Below, one piece after another: positions 27,678-39,400 of a stretch of 64,000 nt of DNA. The translations under genes were made by a program, and so were the position numbers. Source of the stretch: the human T2T-CHM13v2.0 reference genome, Homo sapiens; NCBI RefSeq assembly GCF_009914755.1, contig NC_060926.1; one strand, written 5' to 3'. Within the stretch, counting starts at the first letter, position 1. Every line of letters begins with the position of its first letter. The notes under the pieces were generated by a model. The model was given only the letters and a program-made list of their open reading frames with translations, was not told where the DNA came from and made no database searches.

Positions 27678-27826
27678 CAGGACCAGTTACATTTGCAGGG
27701 CCCAATGCAAAATGGAATGTGGACCCATTATTCTCAATTTATTAAGAATGAAGCCAACAACAACAGAACAATAAACCAAACAAAGTAGGGGGTCCTCTTT
27801 GTGCATTACCCATGAAGCCAGCCCTG
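27678..27826. mobile_element. MER45A (hAT-Tip100)
   Basis: CAGGACCAGTTAC..TTTGCAGGGCCCAATGCAAAATG...ATTATT..TTAAGAAT...CCCATGAAGCCAGCCCTG. Confidence 0.8.
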
Positions 27827-27846
27827 GCTCCAGAACTGTTCAAGTC

Positions 27847-27860
27847 CAGCTAGATGGCAG
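27847..27860 (+). promoter_or_regulatory. Candidate CTCF core motif
   Basis: CAGCTAGATGGCAG matches 13/14 of CCRSYAGRKGGCRS; motif only. Confidence 0.45.
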
Positions 27861-28862
27861 TGCCATTCTGCCATTATAAGAAGCAGCATGATCTAAAGGA
27901 ATATTACAGATGTTTAAACAAAAAATTGAATATGTGCTGAGTAAAATTCATTTATGATGTTAAATGATTTCCAACAGTCAGCAGGCATGGCTGTGTATAC
28001 CTCTGATAGTCATTCACAGTGTCAAACTACTTAGGCTTACTTTTTACATCCAGTTCACCACTGAACCTTCAACTGATTCAAGGCTGGTGAAGAGAAAACT
28101 GAAGATGTTAGGACTCTTCCAGAGTAACATAACGGAAAGTTTCTTTTCCGTGAAATAACAAACTGGTTTTCTAATAGCTGTATTCTTTCCAACTGGAAGC
28201 ATTCTAATCAGTTACCCAGAATTGCTGATTCTAAATCCATCTGAATTATATAATGTGTTTCTCCTTCTATAGAAAGAGGTATACAGTGTTTTTTTCTGGA
28301 AAGTTAATTTTACTTTTGGCATATGTTCTCTGGGACTATCGGTTTTATTGCAACTGGATGCAGAATTTACCATGTCTGCTTTGCCTTCTCCGCCTTCTCC
28401 GCATGCCAGCAGGAGCACTCACCACACTGCAATCCATCTGGCCCCTGGCTGGCAGTCTAGGCACAGTGTCAATGCTGTGGTGGCCCTAGTGTGTACAGGA
28501 AGGTATGCTTTGGTTCAGAACTGCATACATAGTAGGCATTTTATAAATACTTACTGAATGAATAAATAGAAGATGACAAGGCATGGAACAGCATAATGGT
28601 CTTGGGAATGCTTGTGTTTTCCTAATATATCCAGAAGGAGAAAATAATTTTCAGCCCCTAGTCAAGAAGTTTCATTTGCCTCCACATTCAAGGGTGGGAG
28701 TATCTCAGTTGATGAAATATATGCTTCTGACCAAAACATGTATACATTGAATATATATTAAATTTATTGGGTAATTATTTAAAGGAACAGTATGTTAATG
28801 GATTTTCCTTGTTTTGGGTACCATCATTGATTTCCACCTCCCCCCACCACATCCCCTTATAG

Positions 28863-28937
28863 TCTTTGTCTGAGGATTTCACTATAAATGAAATTAGCTG
28901 AAGAAAACCAGGAGAAAACCAGGACACATGCACAACG
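28863..28937 (+). other. Candidate 75-nt non-coding/poison cassette exon
   Basis: C/T-rich tract + TAG acceptor (28862); ACG|GTAAGT donor (28938); stops in all three frames. Confidence 0.35.
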
Positions 28938-29059
28938 GTAAGTGTCACAAAGTGACAACTGAGCTAGATGTACACATGGCCTAAGGCCTGCTAGCCACAG
29001 GGAGGCAGGGATGTCCCCTCTTGCTCAGCCTCCCATCCTGTGTTCCCTCACTCATTTTT

Positions 29060-29930
29060 ATTAAGTGATAGCACGTTTCACTGCAGCTACTACAGCATCT
29101 TTGCTGTCTGGAGGGTATTGTTTTGGATGCGGATGTTGTTTAGGATTTAAAACAACTGTGACATTGATCCTTTTCAACAGGCAAGAGATAATATCTCTTG
29201 CCATCATCCACTGCCTCCACGAGGATATTCTAGGAATCTGTATCTAATTACCTGTGCAGCTAATTACCACTTCCATGTTAAGCAGCAGCAGTAATCTCTT
29301 TTTCCTTTCAAGTCCATTTTATGGCATCAAACTGTATTATATTCTCTTTTCAATGGCTGCTGACAAAATTACAACAGCACCACCCAGGACCCGATATGGA
29401 ATCTGCCTGCCCGTGATTCAACTGCACGCTGTGTGTTTTCTCTTAAGTCCTTTTCTTTTTTTTTTTTTTTTAACCTTGTGCTATTAAATACCTATACATC
29501 GGAATCATCTCCCCATAGCTCCATTTGTTTGATTAGCATTACGATACTGTGACAAGACACTATATCAGTAGTAATCGATCTGATTAGCATGGAGATGATA
29601 TGAACACAGATTGTATTGATGTTTAATAGTGAAGGCATCCAGGTGCTGTAAACATTATAGATGTTTTTGTATGCTGCGTGCAAGGTCTCTGTATTGAAGA
29701 CGGCAACCGCAGCAGATTTTAGAGCTCGATGATTTATTTTATGCCAAGTGCCACAGTGGGTCTTGCATAGTGTATGGCATTCCTTTGCTTTATCTTGCAC
29801 AAAATGTTTTAATCAGTGTTCAAAATAATGCAAATATTTTCACTGGACAGATTCTAATATTGCTTTATTAAGAGATGCTTGCAATACTGCAGTAAAAAGC
29901 TTACTGCAGTCTCATTGAAAACCAGCCACA
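29060..29930. promoter_or_regulatory. Putative conserved non-coding element / developmental enhancer
   Basis: Repeat-free; 13 CpGs in about 660 bp of AT-rich DNA; TAATTA x2, TGATTAGCAT x2, TAATCGAT, GTAAACA, TGATTTAT; conservation inferred, not measured. Confidence 0.6.
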
Positions 29931-30244
29931 TTCTTCTCTGAACTCTTGTCTCTTCCCTTACTCTTGTCACCATTATACCTGGAGAGCTACCATTTGCCAG
30001 CTAATATTCAGCCCCAGATGTTCCCCCTGGACAATTTTTCTGAATTTGCCTATCCTTTGGCTCTCAGTAGTTAGGAGTATTTTCCCCTGGGCAGTTCTAG
30101 AGCTTTGTGCTCCTGTTCTGGTACCCCTGGCTCTGTGTTTATGCATCCATGCCTCTTTACTTTGTAATTAGGATGCCCCGAAGGTAGTCATTGAAAATTA
30201 CCATGTCTTTGTACATGGCAACCAGTGGAATGCTTAGCATTGAT

Positions 30245-31690
30245 TATTCATTTATTTATTTAACACATATGTATTGAGTGCTTCATGACGCTTATATTCT
30301 GCTGAGAGGGAGAGAGACAATATAACATTATAACACAGGTAATGATAAGTAGATAGGGGGAGCCAGAGGGGACAAGGTGAAATGGAGAATACTGTCTTAT
30401 TTGTAGAGAAGAGGAAGAGCTTACATTGCTATGAAGGTGCAATCAAGGTGGGGAGAGAGCAATGAGTGTGAAAGCCATAGTCTGGAGTGTGCTTAGGCTC
30501 TTCCAGCAGGAGCAAAGGAACACCTGTGCCTGGAGGTGACTGTGGAGAGAGTTGGAGGTGAAGCTTGACAGGTGCAGTGGGTGGAGGAAGATCTTATTGT
30601 GGGCCACATTGAGGATGTTGACTTTGACTTGGAGTGAATTGGGCACTCATTAGCTTAGACCAGAGGATTTACTTTGAATAATATGAAACAGTCTCAATAA
30701 CTGATCTATTCAGTATGGTAGCCGCTAGTCATGTGTGGCTGTTGAATACTTGTGATGTGGCTACCTTGAATTGAGATGTGCTATATGTAAAACACACATG
30801 GATTTTGAAGATGTCGTATGAAAACTAAGAAAAGTGAAATCATCTGATATATAATTACAGTAATAGGATCACTAGCTGCTGTACTGAGAAAAGATATAGG
30901 GGTGGAAGTGTCAAATGGTTTGGATCAGGGTGATGTCAGTGGAGATGAAGAGATGTGGTCAGATTCTGGGTGTATTGTGAAGGCAGCCTCAAAAAGATTC
31001 ATTGATGGATTAGATGTGGGGAAACAAAAGGAAGTCTAAGAGTCTTTTCTGTGCAACTACAAGAAGGGAGTCCTTTTCTTGAGATGAGAAAGACTGGTTG
31101 AAAGATCTGGGCTGGGGAAAGGGAGAATCAGTAAGTTGTTAGTGTATGTGTTAAGTTAGAGATAACAATTACAAATCTAGACAAAAGATGATTTGACAGT
31201 TATAAAAGACTGGAGTTTATAGAAATGGCTCATATGGAGAAATAAATGTGGGTGTCTCAGCATGGAAGTGGTTTTTGAATCATAAAACTGGATGAGACCA
31301 CTTAGGGAGTGAATGTAGGTCTGTGACTTAGCCCAGGACATTCCAGTATCTATGTGTCAGAGAAAGGTTGGGAAAATGCAAGAACTGGCAAGGGAGGAGA
31401 ACCAGAGGAGGGTGGTGTCTAAGCACCCAAATGAAGAAAGTATTTCAAGAAGAAGGGAATGATCAGCTGTAAGATGAGTAAGATGAGGACTCTGAAAAAT
31501 GGTAATTTGATTTGACAAGTTGGAGGTCACTGATCATTCCCAGGAGAGCTATTTCATTGAAATGGGGAGTATGAAAGTGGAGGCAGTGAGTGGAGCCAGT
31601 GCTTTTAAGGTGTTATGCTTTAAAGTTTAACAAAGAAATGAGAAAGTGCTTGGAGGAGAATATAGAGTCAGATGAGGGATTTTTATGAGA
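30245..31690 (-). mobile_element. Long L2 remnant containing the MER33-derived insert
   Basis: ATTCATTTATTTATTTAACACATATGTATTGAGTGC start; GGATCACTAGCTGCTG, GTGGTCAGATTCTGGG, AAGATGAGGACT motifs. Confidence 0.8.
30697..30830. mobile_element. MER33 terminal fragment, inverted relative to the 31.8-32.1 kb copy
   Basis: GGTAGCCGCTAGTCATGTGTGGCT...AATTGAGATGTGCT...GATTTTGAAGA. Confidence 0.85.
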
Positions 31691-31770
31691 TGACCACAAG
31701 TATAACTAAATAAATGGTTTTTTTTTGCATGATAGATTAATAAATAAGCAAATGCATGTATTTAAAGATT

Positions 31771-32085
31771 CTAAAGCTGTGCTGTCCAAAAGAAATTGCA
31801 TGTTAGCCATATATGTAATTTTAAATATTTTAGTAGCCTCATTCAAATGTGAAAAGATACAGCACAAATTAATTTTAATAGCATAGTTTATTTAACTCAG
31901 TATATCCACAAACTTGAATATATAATGGAAAAGTTATGGAAATAAGGCATGTTTTGTCTCATAGTAAGTCTTGAAAACCCATGTGTATTTTATGTATAGC
32001 ACATCTCAGTTTGGGGTAGCCACATCACAAGTGTTCAACAGCCACATGTGGCTAGTGGCTACCATACTGAATAGCTCAGTTCTTA
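31771..32085. mobile_element. Near full-length MER33 (hAT-Charlie)
   Basis: GCTGTGCTGTCCAA...GCCATATATGTAATTTTAAA...AGCCACATGTGGCTAGTGGCTACC. Confidence 0.88.
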
Positions 32086-34639
32086 AGACTGTGCCTTATG
32101 AATAGAAAAGAGCTGTTGTTGAAAGTAAAGCAGAATAACTTTTATTATATTATTAATTCAAAGTATATATTCATAAAAGTTTATGCAAAATGAATGAGAA
32201 ATTAATTAAGGCTCTGTAATTTGTTCCATTTATGTGATTACATAAGTAAATCTATTTTATATAGAAAATATGACTGTGTCCCTTTCAAAGACACTAAGAC
32301 CTTATCTTAAACTCTATTTTAGTTAAAAAAAAAAAAAGTTAATTGCCATTTCAACTGTGTGGTTTGTAGTAAAATTTGAAATGGGTTTAATGTCATTTAT
32401 AACATTTGTAAAGTTTTGGGTGATTTAAAGGGCATTAAGGGTTTTTTTGATGAATTATACATGTTGGTATTCAGAGATTAATGGTGTCCTTTGCAAAGAA
32501 TGTGTGTATTCTACTTGAATCTGTTGAAATTGTAGTAATGGAATTGCATTTTTGCAAGGCTGTATGTTATACAGACATTTTCTTTAAACAAATAGTTTGA
32601 GGTGAGGAAAAAACAGAAAAAGGACTATAAACCAGGGCTGGAATATGTTAAATCTCATTTTTTAAGGAATATTAACAAAACATGAAAGATATTATAGTGA
32701 CAGGCATTTTTACTTTTTTTTTTTCATTTCCTGTCATGGGCAAGTCAAACATCCATGCCCCAGCTTCCTCATTATTAACAGGAGATATATTAAATGCTCC
32801 TTAAAATACAACACTTCTGTGATTCTCTGAAATGGAGCTTATTATAGTAAATTGCAAATTTCTAGTAAGTTATAACTGCTGAATACAAACATTTTGCATC
32901 TAATAATGAAAATATGAAATAAAGAAATAAACACTGTAAAACCCAACCCCCAAATGCTTGAAGATCACTCCTGGGCTGAGTTGTTGGTGTTTCAGGGTTG
33001 GACATTTAAAGGGGATTTCATGAAAATTAAATTTCTTGGGTTTGTTTTTTCAAAGTTTTAAAATATATGTTTATAGATGACATGGATAAAATGAACTAAG
33101 GTAATATAAATAGTGCCTTTCAAAGAGCAATAAAAGAATGCCTTTGGTCCATAAAAGGAGAGATTATCAAAAAGAATAAACTTGATTAGAAGAAATAAAA
33201 GTAGATTTATTTTAAAAGGGAAAATGGAATTTATTCCTTTAAAATACAGAAGCACTAACTTAAAAATGTTTGGACTATAGTAATAGATTTTTTGAAAAGT
33301 AGAGAATTAAGGAGAAAGACCTACCAAAAAAACCCCATAATTCAAGTGTACATGGAGCAATGTGAAGGGAAGGATGTGCAAATGTGCATTTATGTTGGGA
33401 AAAATCAAGGAGCCTGTTTAAAAATAGAACCTACTTAGAGACAAAAACTAGATTAGGAGGCGTTAGGTTATGTTAGAAAAGTAGTTTATTTTCCTTCTAC
33501 AAGCTGTATATGGTTTTTGAATCATTTTTAAAAGGCTAATTTGAAATGTGTTTTGCAATTTTAAACCAAAAGCTTTTTATGCAACTTTAAGAAAAGGATA
33601 CTTATCCTATTTTTATAACCATGAAATATCTATAACTTTGCATTACCTAGCCCTTTAAAACTCAGAATATAATTTAGATAATTTACAAAACTGATGTTAT
33701 AACCCAGCCAAAGCTAGTGTTTTTCAGTTATCAGGTATTTAACCGATATATATCTATGAGATTTCTTAAATTTATATTAATTTATTCTATGAACATTTAT
33801 ACTATCACATATTTTTGTAATAACAAGCTAAGAAAATTATTATTGTTGCATTAAATTGTTTACTGAACATTTATTGTTTTATGCAAATAAATGTTTTCAA
33901 ACTTAGTGAGCTCCCCCGCCAAAAAAAGAACCAATACTAACTGTATTGTGCTTTATCTTTAGGATATATTATCCTCCTTATTCAGATTCCATGTACATAT
34001 GATTCCTTATCCCTATTTACACTCACTTTTCCTGAGAACTTTTTGACTATAGGAACTGAAAGAGTATGTGCATGAAAGCAAGCAGTTGGAAAGGACTTAA
34101 AAATACTTAAAAGAAATAGTTTTTAGAGTTAGATGGGGGTCTACCTGAAAGCAGTATTGACTCTTATTTTTTGTAAACAATATCTGAAAAGGTAGACAGG
34201 ATATAAACAAAGGATAGTACTATTGATTTAGCTGTATAGTAAATACTCCCTTTCAATAAAATCTGAGCATAAATAATTTTCTGTGACTTTTCTTCAACCG
34301 TAAGCACTTTGGTTTTGGAATGTACAGGTTCTCTACTCAGACTTTCCTTAAACCAAAGTTTTCTGCTGTGGGACCTCTCACACTGTATTCTCTGTACTTG
34401 TTCTGTGAAATGGGATTCTGCAAATGCTAGCTATTATTATTCATCACTCTACTTAGAATAATTAACAAATGAGATAACTAGAGGTTAGGTTTTATAAAGG
34501 AGGATGAATTAGATGTCAGCAAAGTAAGGGGCTTTTTGCATTGAATCAATAATGAAAGTAAATAAAGGTAAGAGGAAGTTGGTCTTGGCCTCCATGTCAT
34601 GCTTCTGTTTCTGGGTATTATCTAGAGGCGCTGTGCTGC

Positions 34640-34900
34640 ATATTGATGATGTGAAGCTCAAGGGCTCTGGAGTTAAGCTACCTGGGCTTGACTGGCTGAG
34701 CTACCTCTGCCCGTGGTGGCACCTCGGACATGTTTATCCCATCCATCTAAACTTTTATTACATATATATGAAATGGAGGTAACGTTTTGAATCTACCATA
34801 CTGTAGAGATTGATTTGAGAGGACAAATTGAAAAGGTGTATATGAGTCCCTTTATTCAGTTCCTGGAACATTGTAAGAGCTTAATAAATGTTAGCAATTA
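34640..34900 (+). mobile_element. MIR
   Basis: GGGCTCTGGAGTTAAGCTACCTGGGC...TGAAATGGAGGTAAC...TTAATAAATGTTAGC. Confidence 0.65.
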
Positions 34901-35653
34901 AAATCATCATCAGTATTGCTTTTTATTATCAGTACAAGTACTCCTTGTAAGAGAGACTAATGACAAGACTCTACAGTCTTATCATTTAGAAAGGGAGTGG
35001 ACAATATCTATTTAGCTAGGTCCAGTACACTAAATAAAGGCTATCTAATGCTTTAACCATTGTTAACTTCCTTATTCTGAGTCTCTAAGACCAAGGCAGA
35101 ATGTCATTGTTTGGAGGTCACAGAATAAGAAAGCCTTTGAACTTTTGTCTAAAAGTAAAAATTGCCTGGTATGCATATGATCTTGAACACATAAAAATGA
35201 TTATATTAGTAGTAAATTGCATCTGTACAGCAGAGCGGGGTTAAAAAGATTTTAGCAAGTGAACAATAATAAAAGGAAATTAATTGTGTGCTATTCTTAT
35301 TGACTTGTGTACAATAATACCATAGATATTCTTATTTTAAGTGTTTTTCCCTTATGTTGTTCATGGAAATATTTTTAACAAATTAATTTATAAGGTCTTC
35401 ACAAAATTATTTATAATTTAGCTATTAAATCCCTGGTTTCTATAAGGGCTTAGACATATCAGAATATTTTGATTTGTGAGGGACTGGTATACTTGTGTCT
35501 TTATTTTATAAGCAGTTTCTCATTTAGACCTTAGTAAAATTGCCCTGAATCAATGTTTTAGAGGACTAAGAGTTGGTAAAAAGTCGCATAAATTGTGTGT
35601 AGCTCAGTGTGTAGGCCGTAATAAATATAGAACTATTAAACCTGTAGGTACTG

Positions 35654-35674
35654 TTTTTTTTTTTTTTTTTTTTT
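35654..35674 (-). repeat. Pure poly(T)21 tract
   Basis: Directly visible, followed by GAGAA. Confidence 0.95.
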
Positions 35675-35754
35675 GAGAATTTAAGGGGATTGGAAAGGTT
35701 TACTGAAAGGAGAGAAAGAGCAACAATGGACTGTCTCCCAAAACTCTGATTATT

Positions 35755-35950
35755 TTTTTTCTTAAACCTTTTCATTTGGAGATAATTGTAGAATTGCGTA
35801 TGGTTATAAGTAACATAGGAAGATCCTGTGTACTCTTTATCCAGTTGCCTCTAATTGTAACTTATAAAACTGTGCAACAGTGTCCCAACCAGGATATTGA
35901 CAGTGATACAGTCAAGATACAGAACAGTTTTGTCACCACAAAGATTCCTT
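35755..35950 (-). mobile_element. L1MC 3' end fragment
   Basis: GAGATAATTGTAGA...CAACCAGGATATTGACAGTGATACAGTCAAGATACAGAAC. Confidence 0.75.
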
Positions 35951-36261
35951 GTTAAAATTCTCATGTTTGATGGTTAAGTTACCTCAAAGGGATTAACTTA
36001 ATACTGAGATTAGTTCAAAGAAACAAGCCACAAAGCAAGCAAGGGAACATTGATCATTGCTTTCTGCCTCTTAATCGGAATGTTGTGGTAGTCAATCAAG
36101 CAGCAACTGTGAGCAGAGAACAAAAGACTATTAATAAACCTGTAAAGTAAAAAAAAAAAAAACCCTAAAATACCTGATAGGCCTTGGTTGAGTCAACAAA
36201 CAGAAGGTTTCTGTAGTTAATAAAGGACTAAATGAAAAACTTCAATGAAAATCACTGACCA

Positions 36262-36402
36262 GTTTGGAATAATGAAAAGCTCTGAAGGTGGTAGTAATGA
36301 TTGGTGCACATGTTATAAATGTACTTCACACCAATACACTGTATACTTTAAAATGGTTGAAATGGTAAATTTTATGTATATTTTACCATAATAAAAAAAA
36401 AA
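36262..36402 (+). mobile_element. L1MB/MC 3' terminal fragment
   Basis: ACTGTATACTTTAAAATGGTT...GGTAAATTTTATGTATATTTTACCATAATAAAAA. Confidence 0.75.
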
Positions 36403-36450
36403 CATAAATGAACAAACAACAATGACAATAAAAACCATGGACCATTTCTT

Positions 36451-39400
36451 TTTTTTTATTTTTAATTTTTGTGGTTACATAGGTATATATATTTATGGGG
36501 TACATGTTATATTTTGATACATATGTACAAGGTAAATGGAGTATCCATCCCTTGTAGCATTTATTTTTTTATGTTACATACAATCCAATAGTAGTTATTT
36601 TAAAATGTATAATAAATTATTGTTGATTATAGTCCTCCTGTTGTGCTATCAAATACTAGATCTCATTCATTCTATGTACTTATATTTTTGTACCTATTAA
36701 CCATCCACACTTCCCCCATCCACCTCTAGTTTTATTCCATTGTGGTCAGGGAAGATATTTAATACAATTTCAATTTTTTTTGAATTCTTAAAGACTTGTT
36801 TTGTGGCCTAACATATGATCTATTCCTGAGAATGATCCATGTGCTGAGGAAAAGAGTGTGTATTGTGCAGACATTGGGTGAAATGTTCTGTAAATATCTA
36901 TTAGGTACATTTGGTCTGTAGTGAAGATTAACTCCAGTATTTCTTTGTTGATGTTCTCTCTGGATGATCTGTCTCAAGCTGAAAGTGGGGTTTTCAAGTC
37001 AGTAGCTATTATTGTAATGGGGGCTCTCTCTCTCTTTGTATCTAATAATATTTGCTTTATATTTCTGGGTGCTTTGTGTTGGATGCATATATATTTACAA
37101 TTGTTATGTTCTCTTGCCGAATTGACCTCTTTATCATTATATAATGACCTTTGTCTCTTTTTATGGTTTTTGTCTTGAAATCTATTTCAAGTCTGATATA
37201 AGTATAGCTACTCCTGCTCATTTTTGTCTTCCATAGGCATGAACTATCTTTTTCCATCCCTTTATTTTCAGTTTTTGTGTGTCTTTACAGGTGAAGTCTG
37301 CTTCTTGTAGGCAACGGAATATTAGGTTTTTTTTTTTAATCTATGTCTTTTGATTGGAGAATTTAGCCCATTTACATTCAGTGTTATCATTGATAAATAA
37401 AGACTTAATCTTGCCATTTTGTTATTTGTTTTTTAGTTGCCTTTTGGTCTTCTCTTCTCCCTTCCCTCCCTTCCCTCCCTTCCCTCCCTTCCCTCCCCTC
37501 CTTCCCTCCTCTCCTTCCCTCCCTCCCTCCCTCCCTCCCTCCCTTCCTTCCTTCCTTCCTTCCTGTCTTCCTTCCTGTCTTCCTTCCTTGCTGTCTTCCT
37601 TTCAGTGTAGGTGGTTTTCTCTGCTGCGCTGTTTTAATTTCTTGCTTTATATTGTTCGTGAGTCTGTTGTATGTTTTCTGATTTGAGGTTGCCATGAGGC
37701 TTGCAAATAATCTCTAATAACCCATTATTTTAAACTGATGACAGCTTACCACTGATTGCGTAAGCATACAAGCAAGGAAAAAAAACTAAAAAAACTCTAC
37801 ACTTTAACTTTGTCCCTTCATTATTAATATTTTGTTGTTTCTATTTGTATCTTACTGTTATGTCTTGAAAAGTTGTTGTTATTATTTTTAATAGGTTCAT
37901 CTTTTAGTTTTTCTACTTAAGATACAGGTAGGTCACACAACATAATTACAGTAATATAATATTCTGTGTTTTTCAGTGTATTACCAGTGCATTTTATACC
38001 TTCAGATAATTTTTTATTACTCATCAACATCCTTCTCTTTCAGCTTGAAGAACTCCCTTTAGTGTTTCTTGTAGGACAGGGTCTGCTGTTGATGAAATTC
38101 CTCAGTTTTTGTCTAGGGAAGTATTTCTTCTTGATTGAAGGATAATTTTGCTGGATATACTATCCTTTGATAAAAGTTTTTTTTTTTTCTTTTTCTTCAG
38201 CAGTTAAAACATGTCTTGCCACTCTCTCCCGACCTATCAGGTTTCCACTGAGAAGTCTACTGCCAGACCTATTGGACTTCGTTTGTGTATTATTTCCTTT
38301 CACTTGATGCTTTTGGGATCCCCTCTTTATCCTTGACCTTTGGGAGTTTGATTGTTAAATGCCTTTAGGTAGTCTTATTTGGGCTAAATCCGCCTGGTGT
38401 TTCATAACCTTCTTATGCTTGAATATTGTTGTCTTTCTTTAGGTTTGGGAAATTCTCTGTTGGTTTCACTTTGAATAAGTTTTCTATCCCTATCTCTCTC
38501 TTTACATCCTCTTTAAGGCCAATAACTCTTAGATTTGCCCTTTTGAGGGTATTTTCTAGATCCTGTAGGTGTACTTCATTGTTCTTTATTCATTTTTCTT
38601 TTGTCTTCTGACTGTGTATTTTCAAATAGCCTGTCTTCAAGCTCACTAATTATTTCTCTGCTTGATCAGTTCTGCTCTTAGGAGACACCGACACAGTCTT
38701 CAGTATGTCAGTTGCATTTTTCTACTCCACAATTTCTGCTTAATTCTTTTAAATTATTTCAATCTCTTTGTTAAATTTATCTGACAGGTTTTTGAATTCC
38801 TTCTCTGTGTTATCTTGAATTTCATTGAGTTTCCTCAAAACAGCTATTTTGATATCTGTCTGAAAGGTCATAAATCTTTTAAAAGGTCTCTCCGGGATTT
38901 GTCTTTGGTGCCTTACTTGTTTGTTTTGTGAGGTCATATTTTCCTGGACCTTCTTTATGCTCGTGGATGTTTGTCATTGTCTGGGCATTGATGGCTTAGG
39001 TATTTATTGTAGTCTTTGCAGTCTGCTTGTTTGTACTTGCCCTTCTTCAGAAGGCTTTCCAGGTATTTGAAGGGACTTAGATGTTGTAATCTAAGTTTTT
39101 GGTCACTGCAGCCACATCTGCATTACCTAAAAGTAACACTGTGACTTTTGCAGACTTTTACAGGTACCATCTTGGAGGTCTTGGATAAGATCTGGAAGAG
39201 TTCTGTGGATTACCAGGCAGGGACTCTTTCTCTTCCCTTATTTTCTCCCAAACAATTGGAGTCTTTCTGTCTCTGCTGAGCTTCCTGGAGCTGGGGGGAG
39301 GGGTGACACAAGGACCCTTGTGGCCATCATTACTGGGATTACTGGGACTGCGCTGGGTCTTGCCCAAGACCTGTGATAACCACTGCCTAGCTAGTGCCTA

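Noticed and set aside
29065-29800. ORFs of 60-102 aa over the enhancer-like block
   Set aside because: No recognisable protein, no flanking splice sites in frame, interrupted by a poly(T) run.
37354-37695. Pro/Ser-rich and Gly/Arg/Glu-rich ORFs
   Set aside because: Translations of the (CCTT)n microsatellite.
36759-38937. ORFs resembling L1 ORF1p/ORF2p, plus 3320, 15394 and 23015
   Set aside because: Frameshifted fragments of dead L1s, not functional CDS.
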